Part shown: positions 1 through 9,670 of the stretch, piece by piece
Layout of the letters: each line of letters begins with the position of its first letter
How positions within the stretch are numbered: the stretch's first letter is position 1
Source of the DNA: a virus
Direction: 5' to 3' (one strand)
DNA length: 64,000 nucleotides
IMG/VR virus record: IMGVR_UViG_3300043403_000102
Span: 18,089-82,088 of that record
Translations under genes and position numbers: made by a program
Notes under the pieces: model-generated
What the model was told of the DNA's origin: nothing
The model's input: only the letters and a program-made list of their open reading frames with translations
The model's database searches: none

Positions 1-662
1 ACCGCAGGCGTCACCGTCAGGGTGCCGCCGTGGATCTCGTCACCAGGGATGTCCGAGGTGAAGCCCGTGACCAGGCCGACGTAACCGCCAGTGATCGAGA
101 TCGCGATGGGGTTCGCAACCGACACCGGGGTGGGGCGACCGTTGAACAGCTTGCGAGTGAAGCCCGCGAGGTTCACGACAGGGACCGAAGTGCCCGCACC
201 TACGCCGCCCGCCTTGACGACCGTGTTACCGGCCACGTAGCAGTTAAACAGCTTGTCGCGAACGACGCGGTTCAAGCTCTGCCCCGAGTGGAGGCCGAGC
301 TGATGCATGTTGCGCAGGTACTGCGACGCAAGCGTCACGTAGCTGGTGGGCATGCTGGTGTCGATGGTGCTGGCCCACTGCTGAGCCGTGGCTTCCCACT
401 GCTCGATGCCGTAGGAGACAGGCACCGGGTCGTTGCCCGGCTGCAGGGGGCGCGTGGTCGGGGTGATGAGCCCGGCACGCGTGAAGGTCTGGTTGGCGCC
501 AAGGTTCACAGGCCACATCTCCGCCACGGCTTCCATGCGGAAAAGCAGCCGTGGGTACAGGGCATCTCGGAAGACGCGCTGAAGGGTGCGATCCTGGATG
601 GACGCCACGACGCTTGCGTTGAAGCTCGTGACCGCGAGTGACGAATCGGGGAAGTTGGCCAT
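1..662 (-). CDS. Major capsid protein, N-terminal part (runs off the window)
   Basis: Manual translation from ATG at 662 with an AGGAG RBS: MANFPDSSLAVTSFNASVVASIQDRTLQRVFRDALYPRLLFRMEAVAE... It stays open to position 1 and lies directly after the scaffold-like gene. Confidence 0.7.
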   Translation of the reverse strand, partial: MANFPDSSLAVTSFNASVVASIQDRTLQRVFRDALYPRLLFRMEAVAEMWPVNLGANQTFTRAGLITPTTRPLQPGNDPVPVSYGIEQWEATAQQWASTIDTSMPTSYVTLASQYLRNMHQLGLHSGQSLNRVVRDKLFNCYVAGNTVVKAGGVGAGTSVPVVNLAGFTRKLFNGRPTPVSVANPIAISITGGYVGLVTGFTSDIPGDEIHGGTLTVTPA

Positions 663-767
663 GTGAAATTCTTGCTCCTATTTTGTTCCAGCGGAAACGA
701 GTTGTTTGTTTATCGCACGAAGAGAGTGGGTAACGCAAACGATCCGCCCGCCGTCGCGCCCCCGAGA

Positions 768-1559
768 TTACATCCCAGGACGGTAACCGTATGTCCCCTG
801 CATGTGTTTATTGAACGCCGTGGGGGACATCTTGTCCACATCAACCGTACCGCCACCCGGGGTGGTAGGTGTAGGAGTAGGCAAAGACTCCCCCGGTAAT
901 GTGGAGGCTTTGGGGGCGGTGCCCGCAGGGACCGCAACCACAACGGGAGCGGCAGGGGTCACGTTGCCAAACAGATAGGGATGCGTGTTCTTCAACGTCC
1001 CGTAGAACGTCTCAGGGGTCAGCGTGTTGTCCGCCATCACGGCACGCGCGAAAAGCTGCACCGCGAGGGTCGCGCGCTCGTCGTCGGCAACCCCGGCTCG
1101 AAAGGCCGCGCTCTTGATGGCTTGCTCCATCTGGGCGTCCTTCAACCGGCGGGTGTCCTTCTTGTATTTGTTCTCGATGTCCTGGGCCCGCTTGTTGGCC
1201 TCGGCCAGTTGGCGCTCGGCCTTGCGCAGGGCAGCCGCGTGGTCGGCCGCTGCGGCGGGGGTTCCTGCCGGTGCGGCGGGCGTGGCCGCTGCAGCACTAG
1301 AGAGCTTTGCTCGCGCCTCCTCCAAGGTCATCCCCAGCGCTTCACGAGCCAGGGCATTGGAGTCCCGGCGAACGCGTTCCTTGAACGCGCTGACGGGGAT
1401 TCGAATTTCCTTGGGCTTGTTTTTCTGACTCCCAGCAGCAGACACGGGCTTTGCGGCGGCAGGCACAGGGGTGCTCACCGGGGCGGGTGGCTCGGTCGGG
1501 GTTACGGGCTGAGTGGGGTCTTGCGTTGGATCGGGCATGGGATTCTCCTGGGTACTCAC
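768..1559 (-). CDS. Capsid scaffolding protein
   Basis: Pro/Ala-rich ends, central coiled coil (ALRKAERQLAEANKRAQDIENKYKK), immediately upstream of the capsid gene. Confidence 0.65.
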   Translation of the reverse strand: MSTQENPMPDPTQDPTQPVTPTEPPAPVSTPVPAAAKPVSAAGSQKNKPKEIRIPVSAFKERVRRDSNALAREALGMTLEEARAKLSSAAAATPAAPAGTPAAAADHAAALRKAERQLAEANKRAQDIENKYKKDTRRLKDAQMEQAIKSAAFRAGVADDERATLAVQLFARAVMADNTLTPETFYGTLKNTHPYLFGNVTPAAPVVVAVPAGTAPKASTLPGESLPTPTPTTPGGGTVDVDKMSPTAFNKHMQGTYGYRPGM

Positions 1560-1624
1560 CGATATTTACCGCTCGGCGGGGGCGTCTTGGAGGGTGGGCG
1601 CGAGGCTTAAGTGAGGGGTAGTTT

Positions 1625-2014
1625 TTAGAGGCTGGCTTCGAGGACCGAGGCCTTGTCAGTGGCGACCGAGTAGGTCACGCTGACAGCGGTGGCGGCGTCG
1701 ATAGGCGAGAACAAGATCTTGGTCGCGCCGTCCCAGATGCACTCGCCGGTCGCTGCGACCTGAGCTCCAGAGCCGGTGATGACGCCACGACGAAGCGTCT
1801 TCACGCCCGTCACGGTTCCCGCAGTCACGTTGACCTGGAACAACCCAGAGGGAGTCGCGGCCATCGTGGCGATGTTGGACGCCGGAACCAAGCCCGCCTC
1901 GGTGGCGGTCATCGACTTGATGAGCTTGGTCAGGAGCTCGCCGATGGGAAGCGCATGAAGCGCGTCTTCGAGCTGGTTCAGGTTGTTGGTATTGAGAACT
2001 TGACGAACGGACAT
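1625..2014 (-). CDS. Putative head structural/decoration protein
   Basis: 129 aa, Thr/Ala/Gly-rich beta-type composition, AGGAGG RBS, head module position. Confidence 0.5.
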   Translation of the reverse strand: MSVRQVLNTNNLNQLEDALHALPIGELLTKLIKSMTATEAGLVPASNIATMAATPSGLFQVNVTAGTVTGVKTLRRGVITGSGAQVAATGECIWDGATKILFSPIDAATAVSVTYSVATDKASVLEASL

Positions 2015-2066
2015 GATGGCCTCCTAGAAATTTGAAACGTCTACAAGTCTACTGAATAGGTGGGCG

Positions 2067-2462
2067 TTAAGTAACGTCCCCCGCGATCACGTATTCGAGG
2101 TCTGCGGTACCGACGCACTTGATGCTCGTGACCTCAGAGCCCGCAGAGGGTGTCGAGAGCATGAACAACTCAGATACGGGGAAGGCCTGGTCCGTGCCCG
2201 CCGCGCTGGTCAGCTTTACAACCAGTGACCCCCCGCGAACGCGCATGACAATCACGCGTACCTTCGTGATCGTTTCTAAGGCGATCACGAAGGGCGCTAG
2301 GTCCGTGGCCCCGTTGATTGTCGGCCGTGCGCCCTTGCTGGACCCGTAAGTGCCAGTGAACGACGTGTTCAGCAGCTCGGTCAGGCTCGGGGACGAGATC
2401 GAACTTTGCGCGGGAGATCCATTGATGGACCCCGTGTGTTGCATGACCGACGGGCTGGCCAC
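2067..2462 (-). CDS. Putative virion structural protein
   Basis: 131 aa, Ser/Thr/Gly-rich, GAGG RBS, head module position. Confidence 0.5.
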   Translation of the reverse strand: MASPSVMQHTGSINGSPAQSSISSPSLTELLNTSFTGTYGSSKGARPTINGATDLAPFVIALETITKVRVIVMRVRGGSLVVKLTSAAGTDQAFPVSELFMLSTPSAGSEVTSIKCVGTADLEYVIAGDVT

Positions 2463-2473
2463 GGGGGGTTACC

Positions 2474-2647
2474 TCAGCCCCCGACCGATTTGAGGCCCTT
2501 GCCAGCGAGAGGCGTCTCGCGGACCGGGTTCAGGCTCGTGCCCCAGGCGTCCGCTTCGGACTGCTTGGGCGCCGCGGGGGTCTTGGCAGGATCGCCGTGA
2601 GCGCGATCGTATTCGTCAGTCGTCAGCTTGGGTTCGGGTTCGCTCAT
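2474..2647 (-). CDS. Small disordered protein (57 aa)
   Basis: Manual translation MSEPEPKLTTDEYDRAHGD...ETPLAGKGLKSVGG, with GGAG RBS. Fills the gap between neighbours. Confidence 0.6.
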   Translation of the reverse strand: MSEPEPKLTTDEYDRAHGDPAKTPAAPKQSEADAWGTSLNPVRETPLAGKGLKSVGG

Positions 2648-2677
2648 GGGAAGGCTCCAGTTGGGAAAGGGTTAGGG

Positions 2678-3043
2678 TCAGTCGTTACCGTCGCCGGACT
2701 CGTCAGCAGCACTCGCCGCGAGTTCTTCCTCGCTGATGAGCTCATCAGACAGGGCGCTGGCCTCCTCGGCGTGGGCCCGGAAGTCCTCGACCGCTTTGCC
2801 CAGCTTGCCGATGTCGACGTCCGTATCCGTGTCGGCCTTCAGCAGAGCATCGATTCGGTCGGCCATCGTGGCCATGTCCGCCGACAGAGTCAGCAGGGCC
2901 TCGCCCGTGACCGTGGGCGCGGGCTCGCCGCCACCCTCGTCACCGTCAGGCTCACCGCCGCCACCGGCACCAAAGTCTTCACCGACGGGGCCTTGAGCGG
3001 CGTTGCGGGCGGCCCAGTTTTTCAAGTCTTCGGGATTCATCAT
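2678..3043 (-). CDS. Acidic hypothetical protein
   Basis: 121 aa ORF, very D/E-rich, in line with operon strand. Confidence 0.6.
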   Translation of the reverse strand: MMNPEDLKNWAARNAAQGPVGEDFGAGGGGEPDGDEGGGEPAPTVTGEALLTLSADMATMADRIDALLKADTDTDVDIGKLGKAVEDFRAHAEEASALSDELISEEELAASAADESGDGND

Positions 3044-3076
3044 CGGAGAGTCTCGCTTGTGAGAGGGGGAAAAGGG

Positions 3077-3247
3077 TTAGCGCTTCAAACCAGAGGCAGG
3101 CGCGGGGCCTGCCGGGGGATTCGACACGTTGATGTCGTACGTGGGGGCCGCGGGGAGGGTGCTGCCCTTGGCGGCCTGCTCGACGACGGCGTCATCGAAG
3201 TTGGCCTTGTTGTTCTTCTGCAAAGCGATCTCGCGTGGGCTGGGCAT
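3077..3247 (-). CDS. Small disordered protein (56 aa)
   Basis: Manual translation MPSPREIALQKNNKANFDDAVV...PAPASGLKR. GGAGG RBS; start overlaps the upstream stop (TAATG). Confidence 0.6.
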   Translation of the reverse strand: MPSPREIALQKNNKANFDDAVVEQAAKGSTLPAAPTYDINVSNPPAGPAPASGLKR

Positions 3248-3453
3248 TACCGACCTCCGGTCAGGTTCTTAAAAGGCGTCGAGTCAACGACAGGGGCGCC
3301 GCTCTCGGTGGGGTCATCCGACAACCCGCCGGACTGGATGCGCTCCATGTCCGAGGCGAACGTGTTCTGCCTCATCGGGACATAGGGGCTCGTTGGATCG
3401 GAGGGGTGCCCGTCCAGGGTTTGCGATTGAGGAGGACCTTTAGATGCAGCCAT
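3247..3453 (-). CDS. Small disordered protein (68 aa)
   Basis: ORF with GGAGGAG RBS, ends DSTPFKNLTGGR. Confidence 0.6.
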   Translation of the reverse strand: MAASKGPPQSQTLDGHPSDPTSPYVPMRQNTFASDMERIQSGGLSDDPTESGAPVVDSTPFKNLTGGR

Positions 3454-3459
3454 GATGAT

Positions 3460-3765
3460 TCACTCCTCCGCGATGTTCGCGACCAGATAGAGCAACAACG
3501 CCAGCTTATCAGGGTTTTTGATTGTTCCCAAGCGGCTCACCATATCGCTGCATTGAGCCATGTCCGGCTTCAAAGCAGAGAGCCCCTCGACCAGGGCCTC
3601 CAGCTTCGGGTTCTCCCCCAGCAAACTGACAACGGTATCCATCGACACCAGCGGCTCGGTCTGAGGGATGGCTTTGGACATCGCAAGCAACTGCCCATCA
3701 TGGACCTCGTCCTCAAGACGACGTGATGCCCAATCGGCTAACGGCTCGTCTGTTGAGTTCCACAC
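3460..3765 (-). CDS. Hypothetical protein
   Basis: 101 aa helical ORF that fills the operon. Confidence 0.5.
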   Translation of the reverse strand: MWNSTDEPLADWASRRLEDEVHDGQLLAMSKAIPQTEPLVSMDTVVSLLGENPKLEALVEGLSALKPDMAQCSDMVSRLGTIKNPDKLALLLYLVANIAEE

Positions 3766-3788
3766 GGTGATTGAGGTTGCTCTGAGAT

Positions 3789-4715
3789 TCAGGGCAGTGT
3801 CAAGCCCTGCGGCACTTCGGCAGTCACGTCACCAGGCCCATCATCATCGGGCCTTGTGACCGAGCTGTTCTGCCATGAGGGGGACCAAGGGATCACGACA
3901 GCACGATCATTGGGCCTGCCCGGAGGCATCATAAAAGGCGGATACCCCTTCTTTCCAGGGGGTGGCGTGTACACGAAGGGATCTCCCATGTCCCTCACTT
4001 GCCCATGCAGTCTCTTCGAGTCGTCGCCCGTTCGGTCGTCGAAAGTCTCGATGAGCTTGCGCTGGAGCTTGGGGATCTCTTCTTGAACCTTCCTCATCGT
4101 GGCGTACTGCGTGACCCCGTAACTGTGGCTGAGCTCCGTTCGAACTATGCGTTCGGCACGCCACCGCTGGGCAGCGAACACTCCGTCGGTACCCACCACG
4201 CGGTCGATGGCCTCGTCGACACCCTCGCCCGAGATGATGGACTTAGCCATCTGCATCTTGACCTGCTCGACCACGGGCTTGGTGTAGTAGGCCTCGGACT
4301 TTTTATATCGATTCAGCAGCGCGGGGTGAACGTCTTTATAGACGCCGCGAAGGACTGCAGCCTGCTCGACCTGTAACACGGGTGCGTGTCCGACGAACTG
4401 CTTTTCCAGGGCTTTTACCGAATAAACCGTGTGATGCGCACCCAGAGCACTGGCCTGTGCCCCGGTGGAATCGAGGTGCCCGACGAGCTTATTCCCGAAC
4501 TGCTGGATGCCTGCTTTGAGCTGGAGCATGACAAGGCGGGCGTGATAGGCGCTGAAGGACTCGCCCATGCCCCGCTTGACGAGGGCACGCAGCTTGGCCT
4601 CCATCTCGGCGCGCACCTCCTCGTACATGGGGGCCATCTTTCGGATCCCCCTAAGCTCAATGATGCCCTTGATCTGGGCACGCTGCAGCTTCAGGACCTT
4701 GTCGAGTGCGGTCAC
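3789..4715 (-). CDS. Minor head morphogenesis protein (MuF/SPP1 gp7-like)
   Basis: Motifs RAERIVRTE, DDRT, LHGQ and PPGRPNDR (variant of PPxHPNCR); near the portal. Confidence 0.8.
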   Translation of the reverse strand: MTALDKVLKLQRAQIKGIIELRGIRKMAPMYEEVRAEMEAKLRALVKRGMGESFSAYHARLVMLQLKAGIQQFGNKLVGHLDSTGAQASALGAHHTVYSVKALEKQFVGHAPVLQVEQAAVLRGVYKDVHPALLNRYKKSEAYYTKPVVEQVKMQMAKSIISGEGVDEAIDRVVGTDGVFAAQRWRAERIVRTELSHSYGVTQYATMRKVQEEIPKLQRKLIETFDDRTGDDSKRLHGQVRDMGDPFVYTPPPGKKGYPPFMMPPGRPNDRAVVIPWSPSWQNSSVTRPDDDGPGDVTAEVPQGLTLP

Positions 4716-5566
4716 GGTTTCAGCTCTGGCGGCTTCTTTCCGTCTTCGATGGCGTTCTCACGCTTTATGCGCGCGATGTCGCTATCGCCAATCAACACCA
4801 GGGGGAGGGGAAGTACCCCGCGAGCGAAATGAATCTTCGTGATCTTCTTTTCATCGCCCGGTTTCACCCTTTCAAAACGATGAACTTCTACATACGCCTC
4901 GCCCAACGGGCTGCGCACCCAGAAATCAGGCGTGTACAATCTGCCGTCGCCGAGATCGAATTGCTGCGGCTCGTATTTCCAGGCGCACCCGAGCACATCC
5001 AGTCTTTCGGCAAACGCCACTTCCCACGTCGAGCGCATTTTCACGCCACCGTATTTTACCCAAACGATCGGCCGCACGGCCCCCCGCTTTTTCATCGCCT
5101 CCTTAAACACCGGACCGCGAACGAACTGACGCATGCGGTCTCGGCGCGCCTCATCCGACCAAATTCGGCGCGCCACCGCCGACCTAAGCTTTTGGTACTC
5201 GGGCGTGCGCACGCTCGCCAGGTGCCTGTCGCGGTGCTCCGGGTTCTTCCACGAGCGCTGCGATCTTGTCCTTTGAGCATCTCGCGCCCCTGGTACTGCC
5301 CACTGGCTTTTGGCGCTTTCCGAATACGCCTTCGAGGCACCCGCTTTAGAGCACGCGGGGGAGCAGTATTTTGTGACTCCTAATCGACTGGGAAACACCC
5401 GAAACTCCGCAGCGCATTCAGAGCACGCCGCATAAACAACAGGCTTTAAAGCCCCCCCGCGCTTCCCCGCGTGGCAACAAGACGGAGAGCAATACCGATA
5501 GACGTGCGAGGGCCCTCTCTTCTGCGCGACCTTCCCGCCGCAAGATACGCAAGCCGTGTAGATCAT
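4712..5566 (-). CDS. Zinc-finger plus PD-(D/E)xK endonuclease (homing endonuclease-like)
   Basis: Two CxxC...YCSxxC fingers at the N-terminus; C-terminal MRSTWEVAFAERLD...YEP...YTPDF...YVEV. Confidence 0.7.
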   Translation of the reverse strand: MIYTACVSCGGKVAQKRGPSHVYRYCSPSCCHAGKRGGALKPVVYAACSECAAEFRVFPSRLGVTKYCSPACSKAGASKAYSESAKSQWAVPGARDAQRTRSQRSWKNPEHRDRHLASVRTPEYQKLRSAVARRIWSDEARRDRMRQFVRGPVFKEAMKKRGAVRPIVWVKYGGVKMRSTWEVAFAERLDVLGCAWKYEPQQFDLGDGRLYTPDFWVRSPLGEAYVEVHRFERVKPGDEKKITKIHFARGVLPLPLVLIGDSDIARIKRENAIEDGKKPPELKP

Positions 5567-5994
5567 TTGGTCATCGGCGGGGGAGATTTATCGGCATCCA
5601 GGGCGTCTTCTCGCGCATGGCAGAGGTCATGGTGGCGTGCACACAAGACGTGAAGGCTGTCGAGGTCATCGCCTTTGGGCTTCTTGGCCTGGGCCTTGAG
5701 CCACTTGTCGGCCTCGGGATCTTCGGCAATCTCTTTCTTGTGTCCGGCGATGTGGTCGAGGTCGAGGTTTTCCTTCGGGGCCTTGCAGCCGGGGATCTGA
5801 CAGGTCCACTTGTCCCGCTGGAACACGGCGAGGGCCAGCTTAGGGTCGAGACCTCCCTTGCCGTTGTTCTTGAGGGTGGCCCCTGCGGCCTTGGCCTCGG
5901 CTTGAATCTGCCCGACGGTGTCGAGCTTCTCGGCCAGGCGAAAGGCCGTGTTCTTGAGGTGCCTGGCTGCCCAGGGAGGAAGTACGCGCGGCAT
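5563..5994 (-). CDS. HNH endonuclease
   Basis: RDKWTCQIPGC...DLDHI...LHVLCARHHDLCH motif; common in packaging modules. Confidence 0.75.
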   Translation of the reverse strand: MPRVLPPWAARHLKNTAFRLAEKLDTVGQIQAEAKAAGATLKNNGKGGLDPKLALAVFQRDKWTCQIPGCKAPKENLDLDHIAGHKKEIAEDPEADKWLKAQAKKPKGDDLDSLHVLCARHHDLCHAREDALDADKSPPPMTK

Positions 5995-5997
5995 GGG

Positions 5998-6501
5998 TTA
6001 GCTCCCGGCTAAAGGGGCAATCTTAACCGCCGGACGATGCGCGGCCGACGTGAAGGCCCTTGGAGAAGGCTGGTTCATCGACTGTGAGAACAAAGCATCA
6101 CCGCGAAGCGCCTCGAGCGTCTCGGGGCTGGGTTGCCCATTCATCGAGTCGTAGCCGCTGTCCGCCACCAGCTCGGGGACGTTCGCCAGCATGGCCGCAT
6201 AGGTGTCGACGTTCCCAGGCTTCACCAGTTCGCAGGAAGTGAACTCCTTAGGAGCTGCGGCCACTCGACGCATGGGCTGAGGATACGCGGCGGGTGCGGC
6301 GACCTGAGCCTGTCCTTGCCCCAGGGGAACTAGGACAAACCCATACTGGGGGTTCGGGACGTACCCGTACCCGGGGGGCGGCGGCGGGAGCTCGCCCGGG
6401 GAATTAACTGGTGGGGCCTGAACCGCGGCGCGCGGCTGGGGAGCGGGGGCCTTCGAGGGGCCGCGCCCGGTGTGACGTGAAGCCCAGTCTTTAAAGTCCA
6501 T
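5998..6501 (-). CDS. Pro-rich hypothetical protein
   Basis: Start at MDFKDW with GGAGG RBS (the longer listed ORF overlaps the upstream gene). Confidence 0.55.
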   Translation of the reverse strand: MDFKDWASRHTGRGPSKAPAPQPRAAVQAPPVNSPGELPPPPPGYGYVPNPQYGFVLVPLGQGQAQVAAPAAYPQPMRRVAAAPKEFTSCELVKPGNVDTYAAMLANVPELVADSGYDSMNGQPSPETLEALRGDALFSQSMNQPSPRAFTSAAHRPAVKIAPLAGS

Positions 6502-6892
6502 TGAGGGTTCCTCCGGTGATGGTGGTGACGAGCGCTTGCCAGTCTGGGGGTTCGGCCAGGTTGTCCACGTAGACGTCGGCCACGGGCTTCCCGGGGGCCT
6601 GCCAAACGACATCAAAGAGGCTCCACAACTGCGCGGCTTTCAGGGCCGTGCGCATCTCGTTGAACCAGGCCCACTGGGTTTCGACCCGCGCGGGGACGGC
6701 CCCGTAGGACCAGAACCGCTGTTCCTCGTCGAGGAGCTGGGGCGAGTCGTCGCAGGGGTTGCATCGACATGACCACAGGATCAGCCGACACCCGGCCGTG
6801 TGGAGGGCCTTGATGGCGGCGACCGCGGCGGGCTTGGGCACGCCGTTCGAGGCGATGGTGCCGTCGAAGTCTATGGCGAGCGTGGACATCAC
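6491..6892 (-). CDS. HAD-superfamily hydrolase (phage type)
   Basis: AIDFDGTI motif I, LWSCR, GKPVADVYVDN. Confidence 0.75.
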   Translation of the reverse strand: MMSTLAIDFDGTIASNGVPKPAAVAAIKALHTAGCRLILWSCRCNPCDDSPQLLDEEQRFWSYGAVPARVETQWAWFNEMRTALKAAQLWSLFDVVWQAPGKPVADVYVDNLAEPPDWQALVTTITGGTLNGL

Positions 6893-8547
6893 AGCGGTGC
6901 GTCCATGCCCCCGAAGCCGCCCCCGGTCATGCTGTCCATCTCGGCCTTCTGCTGCTCGGCGATCCTGGCTTCCATCCCGGCGACGTCGCGCACGTCGAAC
7001 ACGGGGGCCGCGCTCTTAACGGCGGTCTCCTGGTCGATGAGGCCCCCGGCCTTGGCCGCGACGATGTTGCCGATTACCTTCTGGTCGTCGTCGACGGTGG
7101 GCTGGAAGTACGGCCCCCATTGAAGCGCCAGATACCCACCGGGCCCGAGGGTCTGCTGGCCCATGGTACCGTCGGGGAGCTTGCGAGGCGGGAGCTTGAA
7201 GGCGTTCTTCAGGACGCGGGGGGCCCCCGTCGCTGCGTCGGGTTCCAGGGGAAACTCTTGGCCTAGGAGATGACGGGCCATCTTCTCGACGATGAGCAGC
7301 AACGGAATCATGCCGAGGTCGCCGTATTGGGCTCGCAGGTCGTCGGACTTCTCGAGCATGGGTGCATAGATGTATTCGATGGCCTTGGCCGACTGGGCGG
7401 CCCCCGAGATGGTTTGGGGGTCGACCATCACGCACCGAACGACGTCGAGGGTGTTCTGCTTCAACCGGTCGAAAAACTCCTGCCCGGCCTTGACGCCAGA
7501 GCCCGTGATCTCGAGAAAGTTGGCGGTGCCACCGGGGCCTACGTTAAGGGCGCCCGCGCTACCGGTGCGCACGCTGCCGCCTTGGGAGGCCATGACCTTG
7601 GGATCCACGCCCAGCACCAGCGTGGGGTCCAGGTTCGCCAGGATGGCCTGGTTGATCTGACTGATGATGCGGTCCATCGTGTCGAAGTTCTGCCAGGACC
7701 CGTGGCAGTCCGGGTGACCGTCTTCGCTCTCGGTGACGGGGAGGTTCTGAATCCAAACCCCGGGAAAGAACCCGAGGTTGTGTTCGACTTGGTCTTCGAC
7801 CTCCCACTCGAACGAGGCATCGTCTGTGAGCTGCACGGGCTTGTAGACGATGTCGTGCTCGGAGGTGATGATGCGGCGGTAGAGGAAGTCCACGATCTCG
7901 GTGCCGTCGACGTTGCCCTGCTTATCGTAGTGGTCGACCTCGACGGGGTACCGATATGACTTCAGCACCGCGGCGGGCGTGAAGGTGCGGCGGTCCTTCC
8001 ACATGATCTGAAGGTGCTTGGGGTTATGGACCTCAAGGCTGAATTTCCCTTCGCGAACGTGGGCCGTGACCAGGACGGAGCCGCAGGACCCGCCGATGGT
8101 GCGGGCCTCGCGCATCTTGGCGGTGAAGCGCATCTGCTCCATAGCGGCAAGCAAGAACTGCTCGGTGTCGGGGTCACCCTCGACCGTGAGCTTGGGCTTG
8201 CGCGTCTCCCCGAACAGGAGGCCCGTGAACCTATCGACGACGGCCTTGCACAGGTGGTACGGGGCGGTGGGACGTTTGCCACGCACGCTCATGGACATGG
8301 CGGGCTGGGTAAACCCGTTGGGTACTAAGATCTCAGGGGACACCGTTTCGAGGTTGTCCGCATTCATCCCCCACCAGTCGAGCTTCAGGTGGTTGTACTG
8401 GGTCGTGTCATAGAACGCCTGGTAGCGTTCGATTTGCTTGAAGCGCCTCGTCTCCCCAAGGACGGCGTTCGACTGCAGCACCTCGACGAGTTGGAAGTTC
8501 CGCTTGATGGGCGTTGTGGGGGCTGCCCCGCCGACGAGAGTGCTCAT
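6889..8547 (-). CDS. Portal protein (SPP1 gp6-like)
   Basis: 552 aa; LCKAVVDRFTGLLFGE, HNLGFFPGV, SGAAQSAKAIEY, GLIDQETAV; position in the head module. Confidence 0.85.
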   Translation of the reverse strand: MSTLVGGAAPTTPIKRNFQLVEVLQSNAVLGETRRFKQIERYQAFYDTTQYNHLKLDWWGMNADNLETVSPEILVPNGFTQPAMSMSVRGKRPTAPYHLCKAVVDRFTGLLFGETRKPKLTVEGDPDTEQFLLAAMEQMRFTAKMREARTIGGSCGSVLVTAHVREGKFSLEVHNPKHLQIMWKDRRTFTPAAVLKSYRYPVEVDHYDKQGNVDGTEIVDFLYRRIITSEHDIVYKPVQLTDDASFEWEVEDQVEHNLGFFPGVWIQNLPVTESEDGHPDCHGSWQNFDTMDRIISQINQAILANLDPTLVLGVDPKVMASQGGSVRTGSAGALNVGPGGTANFLEITGSGVKAGQEFFDRLKQNTLDVVRCVMVDPQTISGAAQSAKAIEYIYAPMLEKSDDLRAQYGDLGMIPLLLIVEKMARHLLGQEFPLEPDAATGAPRVLKNAFKLPPRKLPDGTMGQQTLGPGGYLALQWGPYFQPTVDDDQKVIGNIVAAKAGGLIDQETAVKSAAPVFDVRDVAGMEARIAEQQKAEMDSMTGGGFGGMDAPL

Positions 8548-8714
8548 GGCCTAAACAGTACCATCCCCGGGCGTGCGGGTGAGAGCCCGCGACATGCGCA
8601 GCAGCAACCAAGCCAGACAACGGTCATACCAAGACAGCCGCACCGCAGGATAGATGGGCCTGTCTGAGGGACCCTTCAAAGCACCGTCGGGGGTCGTCGT
8701 TGGGTAGGCGAAGC

Positions 8715-9092
8715 TCACCGTGACCGGCGGGCGTGCTTGGCTTTCTGTTTTTGGATCCATTTCCAAAGGTCCTCCGGGGTCTCGAACCAGGCCAGCACGT
8801 CTTCGGTCGTGAAGGCCTTGCGCAGGTAGTTGTTCCGCCAAAGGCCACGGGTCTGCTTGCGGCCGTCTTGCAAGGTAGGCAACGCATTCGGGGGCCAGTA
8901 CGTGAAGCCCCCGTTGCCGAGGGCCTGGCGGTAGTCGGCAATCTTACGCCCTCGCACGGCCTCGGCCACGGCGTCCTGGTGCTGCTTGGGGTCGAAGATC
9001 GGCTGCGGGGCCGTGAGGTCTTGGCCCTGCCTTACGCGCTCGATGGTGCGGGCGAACTCGGCGGCGTCGAAAACCTTCGAGGGCTCGGGCAT
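8715..9092 (-). CDS. Hypothetical protein
   Basis: 125 aa ORF in operon context. Confidence 0.5.
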   Translation of the reverse strand: MPEPSKVFDAAEFARTIERVRQGQDLTAPQPIFDPKQHQDAVAEAVRGRKIADYRQALGNGGFTYWPPNALPTLQDGRKQTRGLWRNNYLRKAFTTEDVLAWFETPEDLWKWIQKQKAKHARRSR

Positions 9093-9095
9093 GAC

Positions 9096-9386
9096 TTAGG
9101 CCCAACCCCAGTCGTCGGCCAGCATGTCGGTCTGGCTGGCCAACCAAGGGACGAAGGATCCGTCTACCGTTCGCATGATGAGGTACGGGAGGAACTTGCA
9201 GACGGTGCCCTCGGGCATGCTTGTCGCCTTCGCGGTGTTCGCGTTGATGGGGATCCCCCCGGGATAGCCCGCCTGGTAGGCCAGCCACATATTTTTCCCG
9301 TTCCACCCCTTGCGGGAAACCTGACGACCGAGCTTGAGTTGGTTCAGAGCCCAACCGAAGTCGTACACGTATTCGTTGTCGCCCAT
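9096..9386 (-). CDS. DUF2829 / Tad2-like anti-defence sponge protein
   Basis: FGWALNQLKLGRQVSRKGWNGKNMWL...PYLIMRT...VPWLASQTDMLADDW matches the DUF2829 pattern. Confidence 0.85.
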   Translation of the reverse strand: MGDNEYVYDFGWALNQLKLGRQVSRKGWNGKNMWLAYQAGYPGGIPINANTAKATSMPEGTVCKFLPYLIMRTVDGSFVPWLASQTDMLADDWGWA

Positions 9387-9670
9387 CAGATCTTGCTCCT
9401 GTCGACGGTGGGGCCTTCCATCTCGCGACGGCGGGCCATGATCTCGGGCTCGGTTGAAACGCCAGGGGGAACGGCGAACATCACGCGGTACCCCGTAAGG
9501 GCCCTCACGTCGGCGTGGTACTGGGCGGCCGATGGGTCGGAGGCCTCCACGGTCACGCGCTTGAAGTCCCCGGGCTTGGCGGCCAAGTCATTGACGTCGG
9601 CCTTGATGAGAACGACGTCGAACATCTCACTGTGCTCGGGGAAGTTGGTCGGGGTTTCTTTGGTTGTCAT
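9386..9670 (-). CDS. Hypothetical protein
   Basis: Start MTTKETP with AAGGA RBS, coupled to neighbours. Confidence 0.5.
   Translation of the reverse strand: MTTKETPTNFPEHSEMFDVVLIKADVNDLAAKPGDFKRVTVEASDPSAAQYHADVRALTGYRVMFAVPPGVSTEPEIMARRREMEGPTVDRSKI

Noticed and set aside
30-641. 203-aa plus-strand ORF (and 244..738 minus)
   Set aside because: Both overlap the capsid reading frame starting at 662, which has the RBS and protein-like composition.
1563-1568. Isolated TAAATA box (also near 41692)
   Set aside because: Lacks GTAAAC at the 14-nt spacing.
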